From contig NC_000917.1 of NCBI RefSeq assembly GCF_000008665.1, positions 1,410,001-1,442,000 of the forward strand: 32,000 bases of DNA. Direction: 5' to 3'. Both the position numbers and the translations under genes were made by a program. The notes beneath the pieces are model-generated. The model had not been told where the DNA came from. It saw only the letters and a program-made list of their open reading frames with translations, and did no database searches. This document shows, piece by piece, positions 22,095-31,477 of the stretch (position 1 is its first letter; each line of letters starts with the position of its first letter). Origin of the DNA: Archaeoglobus fulgidus DSM 4304 (GTDB taxonomy: Archaea > Halobacteriota > Archaeoglobi > Archaeoglobales > Archaeoglobaceae).

Positions 22095-22815
22095 GGCTGT
22101 GAATGTAAGGGAAGTTGCTGCGAAGATTAACGTCCATGACGAGTTCAGGGTTAAGCACAACTTTTTGAGGGACGCTTACTACAATGTCTGGTTTACGGTT
22201 AAGGGAAGGGACGTTGAGGAAATTGAGGCCCTCGTCATTAGCCTTGCTGAGGAGTGTGGAGTGGAAGAATACGTTGTTCTGCCGACGAAAAGGGTTTACA
22301 AGATGGACGTTAAGTATGATCTGACTAAGGGCGTTTCGTGGAGCAACAGGGGTTTGGAGCCCGAAAGCGTCCCCTTGCTTAGGGAATTGGGCTTTGAAGA
22401 GGATTTTGTTAGGGCTCTGGAATCTCTTGATGTGGCTGAAAGGCCCTTTGCAAAGTTCAACCGCCCTGAAGAGGAGGTTGTTGACATCATAGAAGAGCTT
22501 ATGAGGAAGGGGGTGGGCAGAGATTTCAGCGGAGTGCTGAGGGAGAGGAAGGTTGGCTTCAGGGAGAACGGAATGACGGTCTTGAAGCTCTCAGCCAAGC
22601 CTGAGAAGGTGGCGATGCAACTGCTTGAAAGATTCCCGCAGATAACGCACCTCATTGAGAGGGTTGTTAGCGAGAAGTGGAACTATCCGATTTACTTCAT
22701 GGTTCACGCCGTAACGAGGGAGCCCATAGAGGAGATAAGGGCGAGGGTTACAGAGATCGAGGGCGTTGAAGCAGCAGAGACGATTTACAGCAGGGCAAAT
22801 CTGAGAGAGGTATGA
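22084..22815 (+). CDS. AhbA/AhbB-type (NirDL-like, fused two-module) siroheme decarboxylase, remainder
   Basis: (AALV)GFKAVNVREVAAKINVHDEFRVKHNFLRDAYYNVWFTV is the C-domain of module 1. A complete second module follows (HTH ...EEVVDIIEELMRKGVGRDF..., then FPQITHLIERVVSEKWNYPIYFMVHA). This frame is open upstream only to 22045. Confidence 0.65.
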   Translation: MGFKAVNVREVAAKINVHDEFRVKHNFLRDAYYNVWFTVKGRDVEEIEALVISLAEECGVEEYVVLPTKRVYKMDVKYDLTKGVSWSNRGLEPESVPLLRELGFEEDFVRALESLDVAERPFAKFNRPEEEVVDIIEELMRKGVGRDFSGVLRERKVGFRENGMTVLKLSAKPEKVAMQLLERFPQITHLIERVVSEKWNYPIYFMVHAVTREPIEEIRARVTEIEGVEAAETIYSRANLREV

Positions 22816-23726
22816 TTACCTGCTCCAAGTGCAGCAGAAGGGCCGTAATTTTCCAGAGGCACGCTAATAGGCACCTCTGCAAGAGGCACTTCATAGAGGA
22901 CTTCGAGAGGAGGGTGAAGCTTGCTGTTAAGAAGTACGACATGATACAGAAGGGAGACAGGATTGCCATCGCCCTCAGTGGGGGTAAGGACAGCGTAACT
23001 CTCGCCTTCGTTCTGAACAAGCTCTATGGGTTCAGGAGTGATCTGGAGTTTTTTGCCATAACCATCGACGAAGGCATCGCTGGCTACCGCCCTCCGACGG
23101 TTGAGATTGCGAGGAAGGTTACCGAGCAGCTTGGCATGGAGCATCTCGTGGTCTCCTTTGAGGAGAACTTTGGAATGACGTTGGATGAGATGGTGAAGAG
23201 GGGGGACAAGAAGCCCTGCACCTACTGCGGAGTCTTCAGAAAGTATCTGCTGAACAGAACAGCGAGGGAGATGGGAGCGACGAAGCTTGCAACGGGCCAC
23301 AACCTTGACGATGAAACTCAGACCATTCTGCTAAACTTCCTCAATGCGGACATGGAGAGGATGGCAAGGCTTGTTCCGCAGAGGGTTCAGGAAGGTTTGG
23401 TTGTGAGGATCAAGCCCTTCCGCTACGTTTACGAGAAGGAGGTTGTGGTTTACGGATTTTTGCATGAGCTTCCTATGGACTTCGACGAGTGCCCCTACAG
23501 CCACTTCCCAGTGAGGGCTGCTGTCAGGGATTTCCTATACGATTTCGAGAATAAGTATCCGGGGAGGAAGTTCTCGGTCATGAGCAGCTTTGAAAAGCTA
23601 ATTCCCTGTCTCAAGGAGATTTATCCGCAGATTGACCTCAACAGGTGTGAGAGGTGCGGTGAGCCCACACCAAGGCGAATATGTCAGGCGTGCAAGCTGC
23701 TTGAGGAGCTCAGGGGCGTAGATTAA
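22812..23726 (+). CDS. PP-loop ATPase, tRNA 2-thiolation protein (TtuA/NcsA/TtcA family)
   Basis: 304 aa. SGGKDS PP-loop, N-terminal CxxC...C and C-terminal CxxC...CxxC zinc-finger motifs, PCTYCG motif. Confidence 0.8.
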   Translation: MITCSKCSRRAVIFQRHANRHLCKRHFIEDFERRVKLAVKKYDMIQKGDRIAIALSGGKDSVTLAFVLNKLYGFRSDLEFFAITIDEGIAGYRPPTVEIARKVTEQLGMEHLVVSFEENFGMTLDEMVKRGDKKPCTYCGVFRKYLLNRTAREMGATKLATGHNLDDETQTILLNFLNADMERMARLVPQRVQEGLVVRIKPFRYVYEKEVVVYGFLHELPMDFDECPYSHFPVRAAVRDFLYDFENKYPGRKFSVMSSFEKLIPCLKEIYPQIDLNRCERCGEPTPRRICQACKLLEELRGVD

Positions 23727-23776
23727 AAAAGTCTGGAGGCTCACTTTCTGCACTCTCAATCAGTTTTTTGAGCTTT

Positions 23777-24064
23777 TTAACACGTATGCTTTGTATCGGT
23801 TTCAGTGATTTTTACAATGGTCCTCACACCCTTGTTCGTAATAACCCTTCTCCTCTCCACATAACCCTTCTTCTCCAATCTCGACAGATGCGTGCTTAAG
23901 CTGCCCCAATCGACACCTCCAGCTTTTGACAATTCCCCCTCAGTCATTTCTCTGAAAATAAATAGGAGAGCGGTATGAGAATTGTGGAGCTCAGAATAAT
24001 TAGAATTCCTGAGTAAGGCATGCTCCTGATTACGTCTCCAACCTTCCCGATGTATAACCCACAA
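23777..24064 (-). CDS. winged-helix transcriptional regulator (ArsR/HTH_34-like)
   Basis: ...ALLFIFREMTEGELSKAGGVDWGSLSTHLSRLEKKGYVERRRVITNKGVRTIVKITETD matches the G-x-L-S-x-H-L-x-x-L-E-x-x-G-Y-V recognition-helix/wing pattern. The N-terminal 40 aa overlap another ORF, so the start is uncertain. Confidence 0.55.
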   Translation of the reverse strand: MWVIHREGWRRNQEHALLRNSNYSELHNSHTALLFIFREMTEGELSKAGGVDWGSLSTHLSRLEKKGYVERRRVITNKGVRTIVKITETDTKHTC

Positions 24065-24195
24065 AATAACAGTCCGAAGCCAAGGGAGGGGTACCAGACG
24101 GTGCTAAAGTAGAAAGCCGTTGCTTTGATGGCTAAGGGAAGAAGTGAATATGAAGAGTAAAGCAGCTCCAATTTGCCACCTTCTTTTAATTTCAC
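23944..24195 (-). CDS. hydrophobic ORF (membrane protein fragment?) overlapping the wHTH ORF by 121 nt
   Basis: GTG start. ...LAIKATAFYFSTVWYPSLGFGLLFCGLYIGKVGDVIRSMPYSGILIILSSTILIPLSYLF. It is in frame with a further upstream 58-aa hydrophobic ORF (24262..24438) but separated from it by TAA-CAA-TAG. Confidence 0.35.
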   Translation of the reverse strand: MKLKEGGKLELLYSSYSLLPLAIKATAFYFSTVWYPSLGFGLLFCGLYIGKVGDVIRSMPYSGILIILSSTILIPLSYLFSEK

Positions 24196-24518
24196 CTTCC
24201 AGAGGTATATATCTTCGGAAGAATCTAAGAAAAATGCATCCGCTGAATATTCCGGCTATTGTTAGTAGTGCCAGTGAACCTCATATCCAAGACCGAGAAG
24301 CATTAAACTGCTGGCCAGCGTTATCATGGATCCAAAGACCATCCCAAAAATTGCCCAAGTTGTAGCCAGTGCTACATTGTATCGATACCTTTCAAGTTTT
24401 AAGGCCAGCTCTCCCAGCCTTACTGCATCCTCACCCATGTTTCAGCTTGAGCGCATCTGTTAATATACCATGGTGAAACTCTTAATTTGAGAGTGCAAGT
24501 CGAGCAGCATCGGTAAAA

Positions 24519-24830
24519 TTACCCGCCGCGCTCCGCAAGCTTGTTCAGCTCGGACTGAACTATTGCCGGCATGATGATGCTGACCAACCAGAAGAGTAGG
24601 AAGTACAGCACAGCGCTCTCTCCCGGCTTCAGGACCTTTACGAATCCTTCCGCAAATTTGTAAAGCCAGTATATGTTTGCTATCGGAATTATCAGAAGCC
24701 AGCATGTCGGAATGTTGGCTCCGAGACTGTTCAGCTCCCTCTTCACCATAACCAGCCAGTAGATGAAGTATATTCCGAGGGTAACTATTCCGAGAAGGTA
24801 CAGCTTCAAAAGACTTCTTTTTGTTACCAT
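24519..24830 (-). CDS. small membrane protein (DUF4234-like)
   Basis: 103 aa. [26 protein letters not shown] resembles the GIY-x-x-YW signature of DUF4234, recalled at motif level. Three hydrophobic helices. Confidence 0.6.
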
Positions 24831-24884
24831 ACGTTGTGCAATAGCATTAGAAATAAAAAATTTTTGGTGCTTGCTGTCAAGGAG

Positions 24885-25631
24885 TCAAACCAAACCGCTT
24901 CTCAGGTTCTCTGTCAGAGCCCTTATGTCCTCAGTTGCACGCTCCCCTTTCTCATTTATCAGCCGAACAAAGGCGCTTCCAACAACAACCCCATCCGCCC
25001 CCGCGCTGATTAGCTGTCTCACATGATCGGCCTTTGACACCCCAAATCCGACAGCTACTGGCTTCCTGCAGATGCCCTTAGCCCTCTTCAGCGCTTCAAA
25101 GGCAAGCGGGGAGATTCTGTCCCTCTCTCCCGTAACACCGTAGGTCGAAACCAGATAAACGAAAGCTGAAAGCTCGTCCATCGCCCTCAGCCTATCTTCA
25201 GGCGTGTTTGGAGCAGCCAGAAAAACGTTCTTCATCCCAGTTCTGCTGCAAACCTCCACAAAGTCTCCGGCCTCGTCGTAGGGCAAGTCAACAACGAGCA
25301 TGGCGTCTATCCCTGAGGAGTAGGCTTTCTCCACAAAGCTCTCCACACCCCTGCGGTAGATTGGATTGTAGTAGCTCATCAGCACGAGCGGTTTGTCCGA
25401 CTCAGCCCTGAAGGCCTTCGCAATCTCGAAAACCCGCTCAACCCTGAAGTTCCTCAGAGCCCTGACGTAGGACTCCTGAATTGTTTTGCCGTCAGCCACC
25501 GGGTCGCTGAAGGGCACACCAAGCTCGATAACGTCAGCACCGGATTCAGCGGCAGTGAGCATGAACTCAACAGTTTTCTCAGCAGTTGGATAGCAGGCCG
25601 TGAAGAAAACTATCAGCGACCTGTCAATCAT
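24885..25631 (-). CDS. trpA: tryptophan synthase alpha subunit
   Basis: 248 aa. ...[24 protein letters not shown]... and [10 protein letters not shown] motifs. Start overlaps the trpB stop (4 nt). Confidence 0.9.
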   Translation of the reverse strand: MIDRSLIVFFTACYPTAEKTVEFMLTAAESGADVIELGVPFSDPVADGKTIQESYVRALRNFRVERVFEIAKAFRAESDKPLVLMSYYNPIYRRGVESFVEKAYSSGIDAMLVVDLPYDEAGDFVEVCSRTGMKNVFLAAPNTPEDRLRAMDELSAFVYLVSTYGVTGERDRISPLAFEALKRAKGICRKPVAVGFGVSKADHVRQLISAGADGVVVGSAFVRLINEKGERATEDIRALTENLRSGLV

Positions 25632-26782
25632 GCCAACCTCCTCCTCACGATGTCCATGTCCTTATCCCCTCTGCCAGAAAGGTTCACCACCAGAACGTCG
25701 TCTCTCTGCATCTCCTCAGCCATTTTCATCGCGTAGGCAATGGCGTGAGCAGATTCCAGGGCGGGAATTATCCCCTCAAGCTTTGAAAGCGTCTTGAATG
25801 CTCTCAAAGCCTCCTCATCGTTCACCGTTACGTACTCACACCTCCCTGTCTCCTTCAAGTAGGCATGCTCAGGCCCAACTCCGGGATAGTCAAGCCCGGC
25901 AGAAACGCTGTGGGTGTCGAGCATCATCCCCTCCTCATCCTGCAGGAAGTAGGACAGCATGCCGTGAAGCACACCCTTACTTCCCGCTGTAAGGGATGCT
26001 GAATGCCTGCCGCTCTCAATCCCCTCCCCGCCAGCCTCAACACCTATCAGCCTAACGTCATCGTTCAGGAAGGGATGGAAGATTCCCATGGCGTTGCTGC
26101 CCCCTCCAACGCAGGCGATGATGGCGTCCGGCATCCCTCCCTCAGCCTCAATAATCTGCCTCCTCGCCTCCTTCCCGATAACGGCCTGAAAGTCCCTCAC
26201 GATGGTGGGGAAAGGATGTGGCCCCACAACCGAGCCGATGAGGTAGTGGGTGTGCTCGAAGCTCTCAACCCAGTCCCGAAGGGCCTCATTTATCGCATCC
26301 TTCAGCGTTCTGCTTCCACTCTCTACTGCTGTAACCTTCGCCCCAAGCAGCTCCATCCTGAAAACGTTCATCTTCTGCCTCTCGTAATCCTCAGCCCCCA
26401 TGTAAATCTCCGCCTCCAGTCCAAGAAGGGCTGCCGCCATTGCCGTTGCCACACCATGCTGCCCAGCGCCGGTTTCTGCGATAACCCTCTTCTTCCCCAT
26501 GAATTTGGCCAGCAGAGCCTGGCCGATTGTGTTGTTGATTTTGTGCGCCCCGCCGTGAAGCAAATCCTCCCTCTTCAGGTAAATTTTCACTCCAAGCTCT
26601 CTGCTGAGATTCTCTGCAAAGTAGAGGGGAGTTGGCCTCCCCGCGTAGCTTTTGAGGTAGTATTCCAGCCTTGCTTTGAACTCCTCATCATCCTTAAACC
26701 TGTCATAAGCTTTTTCAAGCTCCTCCAGAGGTGGAATAAGAACCTCCGGAACAAATCTTCCGCCAAACTCACCGAACTTCAT
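25628..26782 (-). CDS. trpB: tryptophan synthase beta subunit
   Basis: The track ORF extends to 26860, but ATG 26782 gives [15 protein letters not shown], is preceded by GGAGGG, and avoids overlapping trpF. Has the [12 protein letters not shown]-lysine motif and GGGSNAMG. Confidence 0.9.
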
Positions 26783-27368
26783 TTTTCGCCCTCCTGACAA
26801 ATTCTCTAACCAGCATCTCATCCTTAAGCCCGTCTCTCTCCACTCCGGACGAGACGTCAACGCCCATGGGCCTCACGAACCTTATCGCCTCCCTCACGTT
26901 GTCCAAATTAAGCCCTCCGGCCAGAAAAACGCCGTATCTCTCCGCCAGAGCCTTGCTAACATTCCAGTCGTGAGTTTTTCCGCTCCCGCACCCCGAATCG
27001 AGGAGAATGAGGTGAGGGGAGTAGAGTTCAATCTTGGCAGCGATCTTTTCAGCCGGGCCTTCAACAATAAAGGCCTTCATGACCTTAACCTCCGCCTTCA
27101 GCCTCTCAAAATCCTCCAGCGGCATTTCGGAGTGAACCTGGGCGAAGCTGCATTCCGTCTTTGCGAGAATTTCCTCCCATTCCGCGTAGCTGCTTGCAGT
27201 TGACACCGCAAAAACCGGAATGGATGAGCTCCCGATAAGCTCTTTAGCCACATCAAGCTCCACGCACCTCTTTGAATCGCTTTTAACAACAACCCCGGTG
27301 AAATCTGCATACCTCTCCACAGCATCAAGCTCCTTCAGGCTTTTAACACCGCAAACCTTAACCATCAT
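26769..27368 (-). CDS. trpF: phosphoribosylanthranilate isomerase
   Basis: 199 aa. [10 protein letters not shown]... start typical of PRAI ((K/V)-(I/V)-C-G). C-terminal GVDVSSGVE motif. Confidence 0.85.
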
Positions 27369-27894
27369 GGCACATCTCCACGAAGTTCCTAATCATCCTC
27401 ACACCGTCCTCTGTAAGCACGCTCTCCGGATGGAACTGCACGCCGTGTATTTTACCCCTCCTCAAGCCCATCACCACTCCATCTTCACTTTTTGCACACA
27501 CCTCAAAGCCTTCTGGCGGTTCAAGAACGGCGAGTGAGTGATATCTCCCCGCCCTGAGCGGATTTCTCACCCCTTTAAAAATCCCTCTGCCGTCATGCTC
27601 AACAAGTGAAGTTTTGCCGTGAACGGGCTCAACCCTCCCCACTTTCCCTCCAAAAACCTCCGCAATCATCTGATGGCCGAGGCAGACGCCGAGCACAGGA
27701 ACGCCCATTTTAAAGACGAATTCAAGGCTCCTGTCCGGCTTTCCCGGTCCGGGGGAAATCACCACACCGTCAAAGCTCATTTTTCTCAGCAATCCAGCAC
27801 TCTCCTTCTCAACAACCCTTACCTTGTCGAACAGAGAGATGTACTCCACGAGATTGTAAACGAAGGAGTCCTTGCAGTCAACAACGACTATCAT
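27358..27894 (-). CDS. trpG: anthranilate synthase component II (glutamine amidotransferase)
   Basis: 178 aa. GVCLGHQ nucleophile motif and HGVQFHPES. Confidence 0.9.
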
Positions 27895-29126
27895 AGCCCA
27901 ACCGCCCTCAAAACCCTCGCTATCTTGTTTTCCGTCTCGAAAAACTCCCTTTCAGGAACGGAGTCCGCAACTATCCCCGCACCTGCCCTTATCCTCGCCT
28001 TTCCGTCGAACTCAATCATCCTGATTGCAATGGCCAGATCAGAAACATTCTCGCTGAAGTAGCCAACAGCACCAGCGTAAACCCCTCTGCAATCCCCCTC
28101 AATTTCGTCTATGAGCTCAATCGCCCTCAGTTTCGGCGCTCCGGTAACGGTTCCTGCGGGAAAGGTGGCTTTCATAGCGTCGAAGTGCGTCACTCCCGCC
28201 TTCAGCTCTCCAACAACCTCGCTTTCGATGTGCAGAACGCTCGGATACTCCACAACCTCCATGAACCTCGAAACTCTAACGCTCCCTGCTCTGCAAACCT
28301 TCCTCACGTCGTTTCTGGCTAGGTCAACAAGCATGACGTGCTCAGCCCTCTCCTTCTCATCGCTGAGGAGCTTTTCAGCAATCTCTTTCTCCCTTCCCGC
28401 CTCCCTCCTGGCGGTTCCGGCAATCGGGTTGATTATGAAGCTGTTTCCCTCAACCCTTCCCATCGTCTCCGGGCTTGAGCCGATCAGGGCCCTGTCGAAC
28501 TCAAGCAGGAACATGTAGGGGCTCGGATTCGTCTCCCTCAAATTCAGATACATCTGGAAAGGGCTCAAATCCGTATCAACAACATACTCCCTTGAAAGCA
28601 CAATCTGGTAAACCTCGCCCTCGAAAATCTGCTCCTTCCCTCTCTCCACCATCTTCTCAAACTTCTCCCTGCTTCCGGCCCTCAGGACCTCCGAATTCCC
28701 CCTCACTTGCTCAACCTCTACCCTCTTCGCCCTCTCGACAATCTTATCCGCGTTCTCAACGTTTACGCTGAAGAGCTTTCTCAGGTAGTGGTCGTAAACG
28801 AAGTAACCATCGTAGCAGCCAAAAACCGACGGGGTTTGGGGCTTCTTGCCAATATAGTTCTTCACCGCCTCGTAGGCAACGTAGCCGACAAGCAATCCCT
28901 TAACGTGAATCTCATTCAGCGCATCGAAGGGGTCCGAGATTTTTGAAATAACCTCCCCATCAACCCTGGTTCTGCTGCCGACCCTTACCGTGTAGAGGGG
29001 GTTGAAGGATATGTATGTGTATCTCGCCCTGCCGCTCTTCTCCGCGGATTCGAGAATGAACGGAAATTTCTCGTCTCTTATGGCTGAGTAGAGCTTCACC
29101 GGGTTTACATACTCGTGCTTTTGCAT
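27891..29126 (-). CDS. trpE: anthranilate synthase component I
   Basis: 411 aa. Chorismate-binding signature ...FPAGTVTGAPKLRAIELIDEIE...RGVYAGAVGYF... Start overlaps the trpCD end by 22 nt. Confidence 0.9.
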   Translation of the reverse strand: MQKHEYVNPVKLYSAIRDEKFPFILESAEKSGRARYTYISFNPLYTVRVGSRTRVDGEVISKISDPFDALNEIHVKGLLVGYVAYEAVKNYIGKKPQTPSVFGCYDGYFVYDHYLRKLFSVNVENADKIVERAKRVEVEQVRGNSEVLRAGSREKFEKMVERGKEQIFEGEVYQIVLSREYVVDTDLSPFQMYLNLRETNPSPYMFLLEFDRALIGSSPETMGRVEGNSFIINPIAGTARREAGREKEIAEKLLSDEKERAEHVMLVDLARNDVRKVCRAGSVRVSRFMEVVEYPSVLHIESEVVGELKAGVTHFDAMKATFPAGTVTGAPKLRAIELIDEIEGDCRGVYAGAVGYFSENVSDLAIAIRMIEFDGKARIRAGAGIVADSVPEREFFETENKIARVLRAVGL

Positions 29127-30745
29127 GCGATTTCCTCCAGCTTTCTCGCAAGCTCCCCGCTCTGAACCTTTTCCTCAAAAATCTCAACGTTCTCCTTCAG
29201 GTCCTCATAGCCGAGGGCAAACAGTGCGGTTGCAAAGTTTATGGCAATGAGCCTTCTGTCCTCCTTCAGCCCCTTTCCGCTGAACACAGCCCTTATCCTC
29301 TCAGCCGACTCCCCGCTGCTGCTGCATGGCAAAACTCTGCACCTCTCGATGCCGAAATCCTCCGGCTCAAGTTTAAGCCTCTCAACTCCGCCATTAACAA
29401 CGGCGATGTCAGTTGAGCTGTTAGGGTTGACCTCGTCCATACCGCTGCCATAAACCACGACCGCTCTTCTGCCGAGCAGCGACATAGCCTTTGCAACCTC
29501 AACCAGCAGAATTTCACTCGCCACACCGACAATTTGCACCTCAGGCCTTGCGGGGTTGGTTAAAGGCCCAGTGACGTTGAAAATCGTCCGTATCCCCAGA
29601 TTTCTTCTCACAGCGGCAACCCTTGCAAAGCTTTTGTGGTAAAGGGGGGCGAAGAGGAAGGCAAAGTTGGTTTCGGCAATCATTTTCCTCGCCCTCTCTT
29701 CATCCATCTCAATTCTCACACCGAGAGCTTCCAGAACGTCAGCCGAACCGCTTTTGGAGCTGACTGCTCTGTTTCCGTGCTTTGCAACGGGATGGACTGT
29801 TGACAGCGCAATAGCAACAGCCGTGCTTACGTTTATCGAGCTCGTTTTGTCTCCTCCCGTCCCGCAGGTGTCCATAACCTTGCCGATCTCGATTTTGGAC
29901 TTCTCTGCAACCCCCTTCGCGAACCCGGCGATTACCTCTGCACCGTAGCCCTTAGCCTCCAGAGCTGCGAGAACTGCTGCAATCTTGATTTCATCAAGTT
30001 CGGGCAGCGTTTTTGCGAGCTCGTAGGCCTTATCGAAGTCCAGCCCCCTCAAAACATCCTCTATCATCTTCTCGCCTCCACAAACTGTCTGGACAAATTC
30101 TTCGGTGTTCTCAGCCATCATGAAGGCGGTCCCTATGAGGGCTGCATCCACATACTGCAGAACAAAGAGCAAATCTTCCACGCTGCCAATTCCGCTCCCG
30201 CTAACCTTGAAAGCCCTGATTTTTTCGGCAATTTTTGCTGTGACATCTATGCTTCCCCCATCCCTCTCCATGCGGTCAATGTCGCGGTTGTTTATCAGCA
30301 CAGCCCTTGCGTTTTCGGCGTAAACCAAATCCTCAGCGTGATGAACCTCAACCAGAGGCTCGATGCCGTGCTCGAAGCAAAAATCAACCATTTCCGCAGT
30401 TCTCTCCTTCAGATGCCTCGCTATGAGCAGCAAAGCTGCAGCCTCAACCTCAGCAGTTCTTTCAACCTCCTTTCTGCCCCTTATGAAGTCCTTCCTCAGA
30501 ACGGGCAGATCGGTAAGCCCAACAATCTTCTTCAGCGTCTCGAAATTTCCGCTGAACTGCTCTGCTGTTATGTACGAAATCGCCGCTGCACCAGCTTTTT
30601 CGTAGGCCCTCAAGATGTCCTCAATCCTCCTCCCTCTAAGCAAATCGCCGTGTATGGGGGATCGAACCTTAACCTCGGCAATGACTGCGTTCTTACCTCT
30701 TTTGCTTGCTCCCTTCAACGAATCAACAAACCCAAAGTCCATCAC
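29105..30745 (-). CDS. trpCD: bifunctional indole-3-glycerol-phosphate synthase (N-terminal) / anthranilate phosphoribosyltransferase (C-terminal) fusion
   Basis: 546 aa. The N-terminal ~225 aa carry IGPS motifs (VIAEVKVRSPIHG, PVLRKDFI, LVEVHH, INNRD, VSGSGI). The C-terminal part carries TrpD motifs (MDTCGTGGDKTSSINVSTA, KHGNRAVSSKSGSADVLEALG). Confidence 0.85.
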   Translation of the reverse strand: MMDFGFVDSLKGASKRGKNAVIAEVKVRSPIHGDLLRGRRIEDILRAYEKAGAAAISYITAEQFSGNFETLKKIVGLTDLPVLRKDFIRGRKEVERTAEVEAAALLLIARHLKERTAEMVDFCFEHGIEPLVEVHHAEDLVYAENARAVLINNRDIDRMERDGGSIDVTAKIAEKIRAFKVSGSGIGSVEDLLFVLQYVDAALIGTAFMMAENTEEFVQTVCGGEKMIEDVLRGLDFDKAYELAKTLPELDEIKIAAVLAALEAKGYGAEVIAGFAKGVAEKSKIEIGKVMDTCGTGGDKTSSINVSTAVAIALSTVHPVAKHGNRAVSSKSGSADVLEALGVRIEMDEERARKMIAETNFAFLFAPLYHKSFARVAAVRRNLGIRTIFNVTGPLTNPARPEVQIVGVASEILLVEVAKAMSLLGRRAVVVYGSGMDEVNPNSSTDIAVVNGGVERLKLEPEDFGIERCRVLPCSSSGESAERIRAVFSGKGLKEDRRLIAINFATALFALGYEDLKENVEIFEEKVQSGELARKLEEIACKSTSM

Positions 30746-30760
30746 CTGCTCCCACCATGT

Positions 30761-30772
30761 GGGATTAATCCC
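30761..30772. promoter_or_regulatory. Perfect 12-nt palindrome GGGATTAATCCC between a TATA-like box and the trp operon start codon; candidate operator
   Basis: Located 16-27 nt upstream of ATG 30745 on the minus strand. GCTTAAATAC (TATA-like) lies ~10 nt further upstream. A second inverted repeat, CCCAC-atg-GTGGG, follows immediately. Confidence 0.35.
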
Positions 30773-30823
30773 GCGAAGTGTATTTAAGCTTTTTGCTATA
30801 GTATGGCAAAAAAGAGGTAAAAG

Positions 30824-31477
30824 TCACCTAAACTTTCTGATAAGAGATGATCCACCGAGAGCCGTTAAGGCTGCACCGACCTCAAATCCCGGAATGCCTC
30901 CTTCAGGCTTTACTGTGCTGGCCTTAACCTCAATCATGAGATTTTCTATCTTCCTCCTCGCTTCTTCATCCAGCTGAGGTGTGAACCAAAGCTTCTTCAT
31001 CAGGTCTTCGGGAACGTAAACTGCCGGGTTTTCAAGCACCTCCTCGCTGACGTAGTTTCTCGCCTCTTTTACGGGTGAGGCGTACTTTATGTAGTCAGAG
31101 TTTCTGCCTGAGACCTCAGGGTCGAGCATGAAGTTTATGAACTCGTGAGCAAGCTCCACGTTCTCGGCATCTTTCGGAATGCACATGTTGTCCGTCCATA
31201 TCGTTCCGCCCTCCTCCGGAATTGCAAAGCTCGCCTGATCAACTCCCTCCTCATCCTGAAGCCTTACGATGTCTCCGTTGTAGGCGTGGGCTACGTAGAT
31301 GCTTCCGTTCTTCAGCCCCTCAACGTAAACGTTTGCTCCGGCGTAGGCTGCGAGATAGGGCTTCTGTCTTATAAGAGCTTCCTTAACCTCCTGCATCGTC
31401 TCGTCGCTCCAATCGTCAACGCTTTTGCCGAGAAAGGCCTTGCACGCCAGTATAACCTCAATCGGCTCCTCAAGCAT
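30824..31477 (-). CDS. potD: spermidine/putrescine-type ABC transporter substrate-binding protein, C-terminal part (after an apparent frameshift)
   Basis: 217 aa. ...ITMLEEPIEVILACKAFLGKS...GSIYVAHAYNGD...GGTIWTDNMCIPKDAENVELAHEFINFMLDPE... is typical of PotD/PotF-family binding proteins. Confidence 0.7.
   Translation of the reverse strand: MLEEPIEVILACKAFLGKSVDDWSDETMQEVKEALIRQKPYLAAYAGANVYVEGLKNGSIYVAHAYNGDIVRLQDEEGVDQASFAIPEEGGTIWTDNMCIPKDAENVELAHEFINFMLDPEVSGRNSDYIKYASPVKEARNYVSEEVLENPAVYVPEDLMKKLWFTPQLDEEARRKIENLMIEVKASTVKPEGGIPGFEVGAALTALGGSSLIRKFR

Noticed and set aside
22785-23300. 171-aa minus-strand ORF
   Set aside because: It is antisense to the PP-loop thiolase gene (SGGKDS motif on the plus strand). 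Its composition is Leu/Arg/Pro-rich and it has no SD.
26003-26797. 264-aa plus-strand ORF
   Set aside because: It is fully antisense to trpB, which has unmistakable PLP-enzyme motifs. The product is Pro/Leu/Ser-rich with no start context. It is a typical shadow ORF on the opposite strand of a GC-rich, codon-biased gene.
26783-26860. N-terminal extension of trpB to 26860
   Set aside because: The extension ([26 protein letters not shown]) would overlap trpF by 92 nt and is not TrpB-like. ATG 26782 has a GGAGGG SD and starts with the conserved [13 protein letters not shown].
28111-28771. Plus-strand ORFs 28111..28518 and 28475..28771 (Ser/Pro/Thr-rich)
   Set aside because: They are antisense to trpE. 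The sequence is low-complexity with no independent support.
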